Source: Octopus sinensis (taxonomy: Eukaryota). Taken from it: a DNA stretch of 64,000 nucleotides. The notes beneath the pieces are model-generated. The model ran no database searches, was not told where the DNA came from, and worked only from the letters and a program-made list of their open reading frames with translations. The DNA is taken from the NCBI RefSeq assembly GCF_006345805.1, contig NC_043001.1:17484001-17548000 (forward strand), read 5' to 3'. Every line of letters begins with the position of its first letter. Position 1 is the stretch's first letter. Positions 34,998 to 46,512 of this stretch are shown in pieces. Made by a program: the position numbers and the translations under genes.

Positions 34998-35103
34998 CTT
35001 TATTTAAAAGCAGCAGAAAATTCAACAAAAACTGTCCGACGAACAGGAACGTGAAACTCAGAGTAACAGGTTTTGTTGAATTTTCTGCTGCTTTTAAATA
35101 AAG
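34998..35103 (+). ncRNA. 38-bp hairpin capped by a hammerhead-like core (CCGACGA...GAAA...GUA)
   Basis: Arms 34998-35035 and 35066-35103 have 1 mismatch. The loop reads CCGACGA-ac[aggaac]gt-GAAA-ctc-a-gag-TA/. Confidence 0.5.
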
Positions 35104-35222
35104 TATATATATATATATATATAAGTTCAGCAAAATTTAGATTCAGATGAATATGGTACTTAAGTCAAAGGCACCAGAATTTTGTATGGTGTTATCCATA
35201 TAAATCCATGGGGTGATTATAA

Positions 35223-35382
35223 TCAAAATAAGCAACAAGAATATCCGAGGTAATGTGTTACAATCTTTCTATGCTACTTCATTTTATTAAACACTGAAAG
35301 TATTACATCAGTTTTAAATAAAATGAGGTAGCATGAAACGATTGTACCACATTACCTCGGATATACTTGTTGCTTATTTTGA
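35223..35382. repeat. Imperfect palindrome (~75-bp arms)
   Basis: tcaaaataagcaacaag...acactga / tcagtttt...cttgttgcttattttga. A single arm of the same family is at 7887-7980. Confidence 0.8.
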
Positions 35383-35419
<37 letters not shown>

Positions 35420-35738
35420 TATAATGGGCATCTTTCAAATTTGTCTACCACATCCATTCATAAAGCCTTTCATCACCAAAACACCCAAAGCCACCTGAAA
35501 AAAATTTTGGTTCATGTGACCAAGCCGCCCAAAACTGCCCGTAATCACATATTCATATTTAAATGAGAATATCAGAGCAAATCTCATTAGTATATTCTTG
35601 AAATCACTGCGTAAACAGTTTGGCTACAGTTTTGTACAACCTCCGACATGTTATTTTAAACTACTTTCAACCTCGACACTTGGTCGAGGTGCTAAGAAAT
35701 AGCTCCAAAATTAATTATGCTTCTTCTCTACGTTCCAG

Positions 35739-35855
35739 ACTCTGTCTTCTCCTTAAACACATTGACAAATTTCCAGTTGCTGAATTTTCTTCAAGACTCA
35801 AAGCAAAAGAAAAAGAAAGTATTTTAGCAGCATTTTCCAAAGGTTCCATTAGATT
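35739..35855 (+). CDS. DDX51: DDX51 exon 14 (VAEFSSRL...FSKGSIR)
   Basis: gttccag| acceptor and TT|gtaagt donor; 117 nt. Confidence 0.93.
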
Positions 35856-36539
35856 GTAAGTATAAGCACATTTTTGTTTGAAATGTTATTGTATATTATC
35901 AACGTAGAGCTGCTACCGTTTGTAGGATGTGGTTGTTACGCTGGTAATACCTATTTCTTTACTACCCACAAGGGGCTAAACACAGAGGGGACGACCAAGG
36001 ACAGACAAACGGATTAAGCCATTTATATCGACCCCAGTGCGTAATTGGTACTTATTTAATCAACCCTGAAAGGATGAAAGGCAAAGTCGACCTTGGCGGA
36101 ATTTGAACTCAGAACGTTACAGCAGACGAAATACCGCTAAGCATTTCGCCCGGCGTGCTAACGATTCTGCCAGCTCGCCTTGATAAACTTCTGAAGTTTA
36201 TCATTACGCTGGTAATGTTCCCATTATGGAGTGGTTGGCGTTAGGAAGGGCATCCAGCTGTAGAAACACTGCCAGATCAGACTGGGCCTGGCGCAGCCTT
36301 CTGGCTTCCCAAACCCCAGTTGAACCATCCAACCCATGCTAGCATGGAAAACGGACATTAAACGATGATGATAATGATGAATTGTCTATTATTTTTTATC
36401 AGGTAAAAGTGCATCTATTTCTTCAGTGACCCAGACAGCACTAAGTTTATTAGCATAATATGTATATACACACACACACACCCTTCTATACATTTGGTAG
36501 TCTCCTTTCAGTACCAGTCTACCAAATTTCATTCAGAAA

Positions 36540-36857
36540 CCTCTGGTCAGGCCAAGTAGCCGTTAGCTTCTGGGGGAATTCTTTCACAAGGCAGTCAACC
36601 CAGCTCCCCAACCAGGCTGGTGCAAGTGAGCCCAAGGACATCCGAAGATGTTGTTGACAATGGTAAAGGTCGGTTTGGAAGCACAACCAGTCCCCCACAT
36701 CTATGGTCTTCTAGAGTGGAACCATGAGTGGGTGTCCATTACAGCCTTGGCTGTGGCCATCCATCAGATATGGTCAGCATTTGTGAAGAATGTGGTGAAC
36801 TCGCTGGTCAGAGCTGGTTCAACCCACCCTGGGTGAATGCCACTGCAAGTACAAGTA
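36540..36857 (+). mobile_element. RTE-clade LINE 3' fragment with (CAAGTA)n tail
   Basis: ...WSAFVKNVVNSLVRAGSTHPG*MPLQVQV pattern. Confidence 0.8.
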
Positions 36858-37595
36858 GGTCAGGCCAAGGCTATTGAAGGGGCTTTCTTATTTCTTTATT
36901 GCCCACAAGGGGCTACACACAGAGGGGACAAACAGGTTACAGACAAAGGGATTAAGTCAATTACATCGACCCCAGTGTGTAACTGGTACTTAATTTATTA
37001 ACCCTGAAAGGATGAAAGGCAAAGTCGACCTCGGCGGAATTTGAACTCAGAAAGTAACGGCAGATGAAATACCTATTTCTTTACTACCCACAAGGGGCTA
37101 AACACAGAGGGGACAAACAAGTTACAGACAAAGGGATTAAGTCAATTACATCGACCCTAGTGTGTAACTGGTACTTAATTTATCGACCCCAAAAAGATGA
37201 AAGGCAAGATCGACCTCGGATGAATTTGAACTCAGAACGTAACAGCAGACGAAATTCCGCTAAGCATTCCGCCCAGCGTGCTAACGTTTCCGCCAGCTTG
37301 TCGCCTTGAAAGGGCTTTCTATCCAGTCTTCTGTGCAGTGGGATCAAACTTGAAATCACATGGCTCTGCAGTCAACTTCTAACCACATAGCCATTGATGT
37401 GTGTCTATGTATTAATTAACTGTCAACATTGTAAAAAGTATTCAGTACAAAAAACAGTGTTTTCTTATACTTAAAATCAAAGATACTCCATCAGCAAAGA
37501 AGTGTTTTCCATGTTTAACAGTTTTCAGATTAGCATTAGAAACATTTCTTTGCTGAGACACCATCTGAGGATCGGTGATCCAGCAAGAAATTTAG

Positions 37596-37958
37596 GCACA
37601 GGAGTGGCTGTGTGGTAAGTAGCTTGCTTACCAACCACATGGTTCCGGGTTCAGTCCCACTGCATGACACTTTGGGCAAGTGTCTTCTACTATAGCCTCG
37701 GGCCAACCAAAGCCTTGTGAATGGATTTGGTAGACGGAGACTGAAAGAAGCCCGTCGTATATATGTATATATATATATATATGTATGCGTGTGTGTTTGT
37801 ACCCCTAGCATTGCTTGACAACCGATGCTGGTGTGTTTATGTCCCCATTACTTAGCGGTTCGGCAAAAGAGACTGATAGAATAAGTACTGGGCTTACAAA
37901 AGAATAAGTCCCAGGGTCGAGTTGCTCGATTAAAGGCGGTGCTCCAGCATGGCCACAG
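37596..37958 (+). mobile_element. SINE family B
   Basis: Head to ccagcatggcc. Confidence 0.85.
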
Positions 37959-37978
37959 TTATGATAGAGAAACAATTC

Positions 37979-38207
37979 TTAACCCTTTCATTATCAACCT
38001 GGCTGAAACCAGCTCTGGCTCTGAAGTATAACTGTCTTGTTTTCATAAGTTTTGATTTAAAATCTTCCACCAAACCTTAGTCACAATTAATGTTCCTAAC
38101 ACCAGCTTAATGATAACTAAGTTATTTTACTAAATTCTTTGTCATATTTAAAGTAATTGAAAGAAACAGAGAGCATCTCAAAATAAATACAGTAACAAAA
38201 GGGTTAA
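37979..38207 (+). mobile_element. Single piggyBac-like MITE unit
   Basis: TTAA-CCCTTT...AAAGGG-TTAA, preceded by atagagaaacaattc. Confidence 0.8.
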
Positions 38208-38344
38208 CACATTAATGGAACTCTGGATCAGAACAGACCTGTGACAGTAATGAAGGGGTGAATTCACACTCCCCACAGTTCTAGGACTTTCAAGCTGGAG
38301 TCTCACCTCTGGACACAGTTTACTCTCATACCCAGGACATACAT

Positions 38345-38715
38345 CTCTCTATCCGCTCAGTCGAAGTCAACTCTCGGTCACTCGTTGGATCAGTGTCCTC
38401 CAGTCAGTTCTTTCCTGGGCCGCTTCCTTCAGATTGGCCATGTCCATTCCGGTACCACTCCTGATGGTGTGAAGCCAGCGGGTTCTTGGTCGGCATCTTC
38501 CTCTCTTGCCACTGACCATTCCGAGCATGATGTCCTTCTCCAGGGATTCTCTCCGCATAATATGACTGAAATATGCCAATCTACGCTTGGTGATCCCAGC
38601 TTCTAGCGACATTTTCGGCCTTATCTGCTTGAGAACCTCTCCATTGGTGAGCCTCGCTTGTCCATGGAATCCGCAAAAGTCTTCTCCAACACCAAAGCTC
38701 GAATGCATTAATTCT
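38345..38715 (-). mobile_element. RTE/BovB-like LINE 3' fragment
   Basis: RINAFELWCWRRLLRIPW; LAYFSHIMRRESLEKDIMLGMVSGKRGRCRPRTRW...DWRTLIQRVTES. Confidence 0.9.
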
Positions 38716-38767
38716 CTTACGTATATTCATACATGTATTCACTAACCATCCATTTTTCTTCCCACAG

Positions 38768-38933
38768 ATTGGTGTGTACAGATACAATGGCTCGGGGAAT
38801 GGATCTGCTTAATATTGACCTTGTTGTCTCTTATGATTACCCAAAGTTTGTGGAGACCTACATTCATCGTGTTGGCCGGACAGCACGAGCTGGGCACGAA
38901 GGCACTACTGTCAGTTTGTTGGAATTTCAGCAG
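38768..38933 (+). CDS. DDX51: DDX51 exon 15 (motifs V and VI: TDTMARGMD, HRVGRTARAG)
   Basis: Branch-like actaac at 38741, then tttttcttcccacag|; CAG|gtaaat donor. Confidence 0.96.
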
Positions 38934-38950
38934 GTAAATGTTCTTCATAA

Positions 38951-39295
38951 TCTTTATATATAAAAGTCAAGTTGTGTGTCAGTCTCCTACGATTTAGATT
39001 CCTAACTACTCCCACATTTTGCCGTGCAGTTTAACCAAAACCGGGTATCTTATAGTCGTGATTCATATCGAGCCCTTCTGGGTATTAGCGTGCGTCTACG
39101 ATTTAAAAAAAAAATTACCATCATTGTTTTCGCTATTATATAAGGGAAGTAACGCTCTAAAAATATCTACGATGAGTCAACAAATTTTTTTTAAATTACC
39201 ATAATTTTTTTTCCATTTTTTGGCTATAACTCTCTAAAAATGCTTATATAGTTATTTCCCTTACAAACCCGAGCAACGCCAGGCGATACTGCTAG
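38951..39295 (+). mobile_element. Helitron family H1, 17 nt downstream of the exon 15 donor
   Basis: A|TC...CTAG|T; matches 21080-21463. Confidence 0.85.
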
Positions 39296-40375
39296 TTGAA
39301 TATATTTTTGTAAATATGAATCGTATCTGTGCTGTGAGGGAAACAGTTTTTGATGTGTATTGAAATTTTTTAAAATCTGTTAATAGACTTGAGTTAGCCA
39401 CATGACATATACTTTGTTGTAAAAGAACTATTTATTTATATGTATGTATGGCTGTATGTACATGCATACATACTATGAGATGTGATAGATCTATAAGTTG
39501 TATGTGTTTCAGTTTGATTTTTCTTTTTTATTTAGTTTACTTGACTGGCTTTTGTACTTGTGGCACGTAAAAACCACCAACCGATCGTGACCACTGCCAG
39601 CCTCCCCTGGCACCTGTGCCGGTGACACGTAAAAAGCACCCACTACACTCACGGAGTGGTTGGCGTTAGGAAGGGCATCCAGCTGTAGAAACTACCAGAT
39701 CAGACTGGAGCCTGGTGCAGCCTTCTAGCTCGCCAGTCCTCAGTTGAACTGTCCAACCCATGCTAGCATGGAAAGCGGACATTAAACGATGATGATGATG
39801 ATATTTGATAAAGTGTTAAATGTTATGTAGTTGATTTACTATGAAAGGCTGGCTATATATAGTTGATGCTATGGGAATGATATATTGGGTGTTATGTTGT
39901 TAATATATATATATAGAAAGAGAGAGCGAGGTCATTGCCTGTGCCACTGGACTGGCTCCTGTGCAGGTGGCACATAAAAAAACACCATTTGAGTGTGTCC
40001 GTTGCCAGTACCGCCTGACTGGCCCTCGTGCCGGTGGCATGTAAAAGCACCCACTACACACTCGGAGTGGTTGGTGTTAGGAAGGGCATCCAGCTGTAGA
40101 AGCTCTGCCAGATCAAGATTGAAGCCTGGTGCAGCCATTTGGTTCGCCAGTCCTCAGTCAAATCGTCCAACCCATGCTAGCATGGAAAGCAGACGTTAAG
40201 CGATGATGATGGTATATATAGTATTGGTTGATGTGATGTTGATCCATTTTAGCACTATGATGTGTTGTGGTAATTCTTTGCTTGGTATAATACTATGACA
40301 TGTTGGGTAGTGTATGTTTATTTGATGTGATTTTGCAATTTATTTTCCTCTATTTTATCTGAAAATTTCTTCAAG

Positions 40376-40513
40376 GTTGTTCACTTGAAAGCAATGCGTA
40401 AACAGTGCCAAACCAAAAATACCCTTTCTCAAATAAAACTCACAAATCAAATTAGAAAACAGTATGTCCCTCTTCTAAGCAGTGCTGTTGAAGCTCTACC
40501 TGCATCATTAAAG
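40376..40513 (+). CDS. DDX51: DDX51 exon 16 (VVHLKAMRKQ...ALPASLK)
   Basis: ttcttcaag| acceptor and AAG|gtaatt donor; 138 nt, phase 0-0. Confidence 0.85.
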
Positions 40514-41405
40514 GTAATTATTGCTCATTATCAATATTTTCTTTATCATTTCGTTATTTTTAAATAGATGCTGGCATGGCTGGTTGGTAAGATGTTTGCT
40601 TTCCAACAACATGATTTTGGGTTCTGTCCCACTGTGTGACACCTTGGGAAAATGTTTTTCTACTATAAGCCTAGGCAAAGAAACTCCTCGTGAGTGGATT
40701 TGGCTGGTAGAAACTGAAAGAAACCCATTATATGTGTGTGTGTATGTGTGTCCTGTAACCATTTGACAACCCCTGTTGCCAGTGGCACGTAATAAACACC
40801 ATCTGAACATGGCTGATGCCAGCGCAGCCTGACTGGCATCCGTGTCGGTGACACATAAAAAGCACCAACCGATTGTGGCCGTTTGCCAGCCTCCTCTGGC
40901 CCCTGTGCCAGTGGGACGTAAAAAGCACCCACTACACTCACGGAGTGGTTGGCATTAGGAAGGGCATCCAGCTGTAGAAACACTGCCAGATCAGACTGGA
41001 GCCTGGTGCAGCCTCCTGGCTTCCCAGACCCCAGTTGAATCGTCCAACCCATGCTAGCATGGAAAGCAGACGTTAAATGATGACAATGATGATAATGATG
41101 TTGGTTTGTTTACATCCATGTCGCTTAGTGGTTTGTCAAAAGAAACCAATAGAATAAGCGCCAGCGTTGATGTTCAAGTAAAAGGATTAAAGGCGGTGCC
41201 CTGGCATGACCACAGACCAGTGACTGAAACAAATAAAAGATTTAAGTTTATTATGTTCCAAACTCTAAAATTCTTCAAAATTTTCAAATTTTATCGAAAC
41301 AGTCGTTCTGTATTTCAACAAAAGAGTTAAGAGTGAAATGACTCTTTATTCCTTTTTTTTTGCAAGTTATCAGTTTATCAGTTTATTTATTCTTTTACCT
41401 TTCAG

Positions 41406-41462
41406 GCTGAAAACAAGAAAAACCAACCAAATAAGAAAACTTTACAGAAGAGCAAAACTTAA
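41406..41462 (+). CDS. DDX51: DDX51 exon 17, terminal (AENKKNQPNKKTLQKSKT*)
   Basis: tcttttacctttcag| acceptor, in-frame TAA at 41460-41462, lysine-rich tail. Confidence 0.8.
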   Translation, partial: AENKKNQPNKKTLQKSKT

Positions 41463-41505
41463 ATAAATCGCATCACACTGAGTCGTTGTGTTCTGACTTT
41501 TTTCA
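41462..41505 (+). terminator. Candidate poly(A) signal AATAAA (41462-41467) with a downstream GU/U-rich element
   Basis: AATAAA overlaps the stop codon; gtcgttgtgttctgactttttt follows 15-35 nt later. Confidence 0.5.
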
Positions 41506-41512
41506 ATATACA

Positions 41513-41900
41513 CAAAGAGTCAAGTAAAATCAAAATCAATATCAAATGGAAATTGTAGTTGTGGCCAATGCCCGTGCCAGTAGCACGTAAAAAGTACCAT
41601 CCAAACATGGTCGATGCCAGTTCCACCCCCACCCTCCCCTCACTGGCTCCCATACCAGTGGCATGTAAAAAGCACCATCCAAAAGGGTCGATGCCAGTTC
41701 ACCCCTCCCATGCCAGTGGCATGTAAAAAGCACCCACTACACTCTCGGAATGGTTGGCATTAGGAAGAGCATCCAGCTGTAGAAACTTTGTCAGATCAAG
41801 ATTGGAGCCTGGTGTGGCCTCCTGGCTTGCTTGTCCCCAGTCAAACCGTCCAACCCATGCCAGCATGGAAAACGGATGTTAAACAATAATGATGATGATG
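41513..41900 (+). mobile_element. Family C element just downstream of the DDX51 stop
   Basis: Monomers, central domain and (GAT)n tail. Confidence 0.75.
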
Positions 41901-44900
41901 CACAAACACACACACACACACACTCTCTCTCTCTCTCTCATATGTATAAGGTAGTGAGCTGGCAAAACCATTAGCTAGACAAAATGCTTAGCCACGTTCT
42001 AAGTTCAAATTCTGCCGAGGTTGACTTTGCCGTTCATCCTATCAGAGTCAATAAAATAAGCACCAGTTTGAGCACTGGAACTGATGTAATTGACTAAACC
42101 CTCTCCCCTAAAAAAATTTAGGACTTGTACCTTAGTATAAAGGATTGCTTTTTTAACAACCACTACACATTTAATTATCAGGGATGTTATCCTGAAGTTT
42201 GGTGACAAGTCTGCCCAAATTTCAAGAGTCTTATTTAGTATTCTTGAAGCTGTATGCGTGTGTATATGTATGTATGCATATATATGTGTGTGTGTGAGTA
42301 TATAAATAAATATTTCGAAATCGAACAAAATTCGACGACTGGGACCTATGCCAACCTTCCTTCATTGGACACTAAACTCTACTTGCAAAGACCTGTTGTG
42401 GCGAGTGAAATCGAAATTGAACCAAATTCAATGACTGGCACATGTGCCAGTGGTGCGCTAACAGCTCCATCCAAGCGAGATTACTGCCAGAGCAGCTGTT
42501 TGGCTTCCGTGCCGGTGGCACATAAAAAGTGCCATTTGAGCGTGATCATTACCAGCGTCGACTTACTGGCACGTGAACAAAACATTCGAGCAAGGTTGTT
42601 GCCTGTGCCACTGGACTGACTCCTGTGCAGGTGGCACGTAAAAAACACCATTTGAGTGTGGCTGTTGCCAGTACTGCCTGACTGGCCCTCATGCCGGTGG
42701 CACATAAAAGCCCCCACTACACTATCGGAGTTGTTGGCATTAGGAAGGGCATCCAGCTGTAGAAACCTTGCCAAAGCAGATTGGAGCCTGGTGTAGGCAG
42801 CCTCCTGACTTGCCAGTCCACAGTCAAACCATTCAACCCATGCCAGCATGGAAAGCAGATGTTGAACGATGGTGATGATGATGAGTAGCCATGTAGCTCC
42901 CCTGTTTTGAGAACCTACTCAACCCCAACCTCAGATCTTTTTTATAAGGCTGCCACTTTTCAATTTTTGTTCTACTTTCATATTTGGCATATTGGTGTAG
43001 TTTTGTAAAGTAATCATTGACATGAAATTCAGTTTTGCCATTAATCAAGAAATAAAGCTTTTACAGTTTGCAAATTTTCGGCAACTTTAGTTAGTCAAAA
43101 GCCACAGACATATAGGTGCCTGTTTCTATAGTAACAAGCCAAGCTGTTACCTAGCTACTTTCCACACATTCTTTTTGTAGCTTATTAAATACTTAAAATA
43201 CATGCAGTATGAGATGTGCTGAAAATAACAGCTAAATAGTCTAAATCATGCACCCTTTTTTTTTTTGTTCATAATCGAATGAATTCCTGTGTGTAGAATA
43301 AAAATTCTATTTTCTGAAAATTCCCAAAAATAAGAGTTATGAGGGGTTATATGGCCTGCATAAACCAGAATTCTACCAATATTTCACTTCTTTACAGTTG
43401 ACACAACACATGTTGTTATGCACAAAATGACAGCTTCCAAATCCTATTTCCCAAATGGGTAAAATTTATCAAACTTTAAACCCCTGTAACTGTTTTTTTT
43501 TTTTTTCTGGAAAAAGTGAATAGTCTCCTGAGATTCAGCATGGAAAGTTACACCAATACACCAAATATTAAAATTTTCGCTAAACTTGAAAATTTCCACT
43601 TGTGCAACCAAACAGAAAAGACCCCCAACCTTTTCCCTTGTACTTTGAACCCTGTCATCTAACATGGACACAGCATCCTCTCTACCTGGGTTCGTTGACT
43701 TGTTAGCTACATCATGATCTCAGTAATGCCAGTGGCTTGAAAAGAGCACCGAGTATACTCTGTAAAGTGGTTGGTGTTAGGAAGGGCATCCAACCATTGA
43801 AACCATATCAAATTAGAGCATGATGCAGTCCTTCAGCTCATCAGATTATTTTTAAACTATGCAAGTCAAGTGAGACCATAACCTCGTGGCCTATGCCAGG
43901 GGTGTAACCAGCCCACTTACACGTACCTTTCGTCGCTTGAAAATTAAACTCTGCTTGCGAAGACCTGTTGAGGCAAGTGAAATCGAAATCAAATTTGATG
44001 ACTGGCATCCGTGCTAGTGGAGTGCTAAGAGCACTATCTGAGTGTGATCGTTGCCAGAGCAACAAACTGGCTTCCGTGCCGGTGGCATGTAAAAAGCACC
44101 ATTCGAGCGTGATCGTCGCCTTCCTGGCACTTGTGCTGGTCACACGTGAAAAAACATTCGAGCGAGGTCGTTGCCAGTGCCGCTGGACTGGCTCCTGTGC
44201 AGATGGCACATAAAAAGCACCATTTGAGCGTGGCCGTTGCCAGTACTGCCTGACTGGCCCTCGTGCCAGTAGCGTTAGTTGTTGGCATTAAGAAGGGCAT
44301 CCAGCTGTAGAAACTCTGCCAGATCAGATTGGAGCCTGGTGCAGCCATCTGGTTTGCCAGACCTCAGTCAAATCGTCCAACCGTTGCTAGCATGGAAAGC
44401 AGGTGTTAAACAATGATGTTGATGCAACCCATGCCAGCATGGAAAATGGACATTAGATAGTAATGATGATGGTGATGATAATCATGTTATATCCATTATC
44501 AATACTGGTATTGCCTTCCTAGATAGTTTGGGGACTGTGTCCCCTTGTGTATTCTATTTTTGCCATGATTTTACAGCAAGATGTTCGTCCTATTATTAAA
44601 CACTTTACAAAATGTATTGGGTATATTTAACCCTGTCACACCATATTCTCACTATTGCGGAATTAAGTTAAACATCATCTCTGCTGGATTCCTGATAAAA
44701 CGGAAATGAACAAGATGCAGATGATTCCATCCATAAGTTTGCTTGCAATTGTTACCCTCGAACCATCCGAATGTGGCCATTGCCAGCGCCGCCCCGACTG
44801 CCTCCGTGCCAGTGGAACGTAAAAAGCACCATCCAATTGTGGCCGTTGCCAGCCTCGCCTGGCCTCCATGCCAGTGGCACGTAAAAAGCACCATCTGATC

Positions 44901-45454
44901 GTGCCCGTTTGCCAGTCTCATCTGTCATCTGTGCCGGTGGCACGTAAAAAGCACCCACTACACTCATGTAGTGGTTGGTGTTAGGAAGGGCCTCCAGCCG
45001 TAGAAACATTGTCAGATCAGACTGGGCCTGGTTGAACCATCCAACCCATGCCAGCATGGAAAGCGGACACTAAACGATGATATGATGAGCTATGTATGCA
45101 ACTATGTATTGTTTTGCTCAGGAGCCCAGGTGGAGGGTAAAGTTATACACAGGAACCCAAGTCTGTGAGGGCCAATATGGTCTGAGTACTCGAGGTTGTC
45201 TTGTTACTGTCAAAATTAAAGCGATTTCTCTATCGTATTTTGTCTCCATTCGTTTGTTCACCAGCACCAGTTAGTTATCTCATTCATGGCATCTAGAGTG
45301 ATAAAAGAAAACCAAAACAAATGGGTGGTGAAAGGGTGTGATGCAATAGGACTAAAGTGATAAGAGAGAACAATTGCAGCGTGGAAGGTGTTTATAAGCC
45401 ATTTAAGAAACACACAAAAGCCGTTCGATTCACTTCAACATTTAAGTTTAATTT

Positions 45455-45499
45455 GTCAAAATATTTTCGGCGCTATAAGACCGCGACCTGTTCACTGAC
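45455..45499 (-). ncRNA. Hammerhead-like fold with GUGAACA (G3:C8) core, copy 3
   Basis: gtca-gtgaaca-g-gtcgc[ggtcttata]gcgcc-gaaa-atat-tt-tgac, with one stem II mismatch. Confidence 0.55.
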
Positions 45500-45582
45500 A
45501 AAGCTTCGTGCAGCACGGATTTTCGTCAGTTAATTAAACTTAAATGTTGAAGTGAATCGAACGGCTTTTGTGTGTTTCTTAA

Positions 45583-45803
45583 CCCTTTAGTGTTCACATT
45601 ATTCTGCCAAAATTAATCCTTTTTTATCCACATTGCTTTGAACTAATCATGCATTATCTTGTAGCTATGAGATTTTGATGGGGTAGCTGTTAATTTTTAA
45701 AACGATATTGTAGGGTTGGTGTGAGAGACCAGATATGGCCAGTTTGAACATAAAACAGGCAGAATACTTCTGGCTGGATATGGCCGGTTTAAATGCTAAA
45801 GGG
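45583..45803. mobile_element. piggyBac-like MITE with TTAA target duplication
   Basis: TTAA at 45579-45582 and 45804-45807; CCCTTTAG/CTAAAGGG termini. Removing it restores gtgtttcttaaatggc of the host repeat. Confidence 0.88.
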
Positions 45804-46134
45804 TTAAATGGCTTACAAACACCTTCCACGCTGCAATTGTTTTCGTTCCAGCACACGATCTCAGATCAGGTCACTTGCTATGCAAGTACATCTCCGTGAT
45901 AAGAGAGAAGAATGAGAGTATTAGCAGTGAGGTGGATATCAAAAGTGAATGACAGATGTGAATAATGATTGATGGGGAAGAAGTTATGACTAGCGGTAAA
46001 AAAGGGGTGATGGGAACGGTGGTCTTAGACAGATCCTATGTGATGTCATAAGAGAGATAGGGAGCTCCATTAACAAGGAAGGGGATGAGTAACAGTAAAA
46101 TGCAGTGTCTGACCTGTTGGAATCTTGTAGTTAA

Positions 46135-46512
46135 TACTCTTTTACTTGTTTCAGTCATTTGCCTGTGGCCATGCTGGAGCACCACCTTTAGTCGAGCAAA
46201 TCGACCCCAGGACTTATTCTTTGTAAGCCTACTACTTATTTCTATTGGTCTCTTTTGCTGAACCGCTAAGTTACGGAGACGTAAACACACCAGCATCGGT
46301 TGTCATGCGATGTTGGGGGGACAAACATACACACACACATACATATATATATACAATGGGCTTCTTTCAGTTTCCATCTACCAAATCCATTCACAAGGCT
46401 TTGGTCGGCCCGAGGCTATAGTAGGAGAAACTTGCTCAAGGTACCACACAGTGGGACTGAACCCAGAGTCATGTGATTGGTAAGCGAGCTACTTACCACA
46501 CAGCCACTCCTA
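46135..46512 (-). mobile_element. SINE family B
   Basis: Full-length match. Confidence 0.85.

Larger units (their letters stand above)
9214..41462 (+). other. DDX51: Whole-gene span: ATP-dependent DEAD-box RNA helicase DDX51/Dbp6 (60S ribosome biogenesis), 17 coding exons, 749 aa
   Basis: Exon lengths 23+134+515+151+146+117+62+109+140+22+166+71+116+117+166+138+57 sum to 2250 nt and give one open frame. Motifs appear in order: Q (GVNYFFPVQ), I (SPTGSGKT), Ia (PARSLAQQV), Ib (TPGKL), II (DEAD), III (SAT), IV (CFTNS), V (ARGMD), VI (HRVGRTAR). DDX51-type segments: M.LF...RY N-terminus, LPDWL, GGYRPRDIC, KEQESLV, QKLLFSATLT, VAEFSSR. Confidence 0.95.
45374..45900. mobile_element. Palindromic Penelope-like repeat interrupted by a piggyBac-like MITE
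   Basis: Matches 20658-20975 once the insert is removed. Confidence 0.8.

Noticed and set aside
9237-41405. U12-type (minor) introns in DDX51
   Set aside because: No donor matches GTATCCTT or ATATCCTT; all are ordinary GT-AG.
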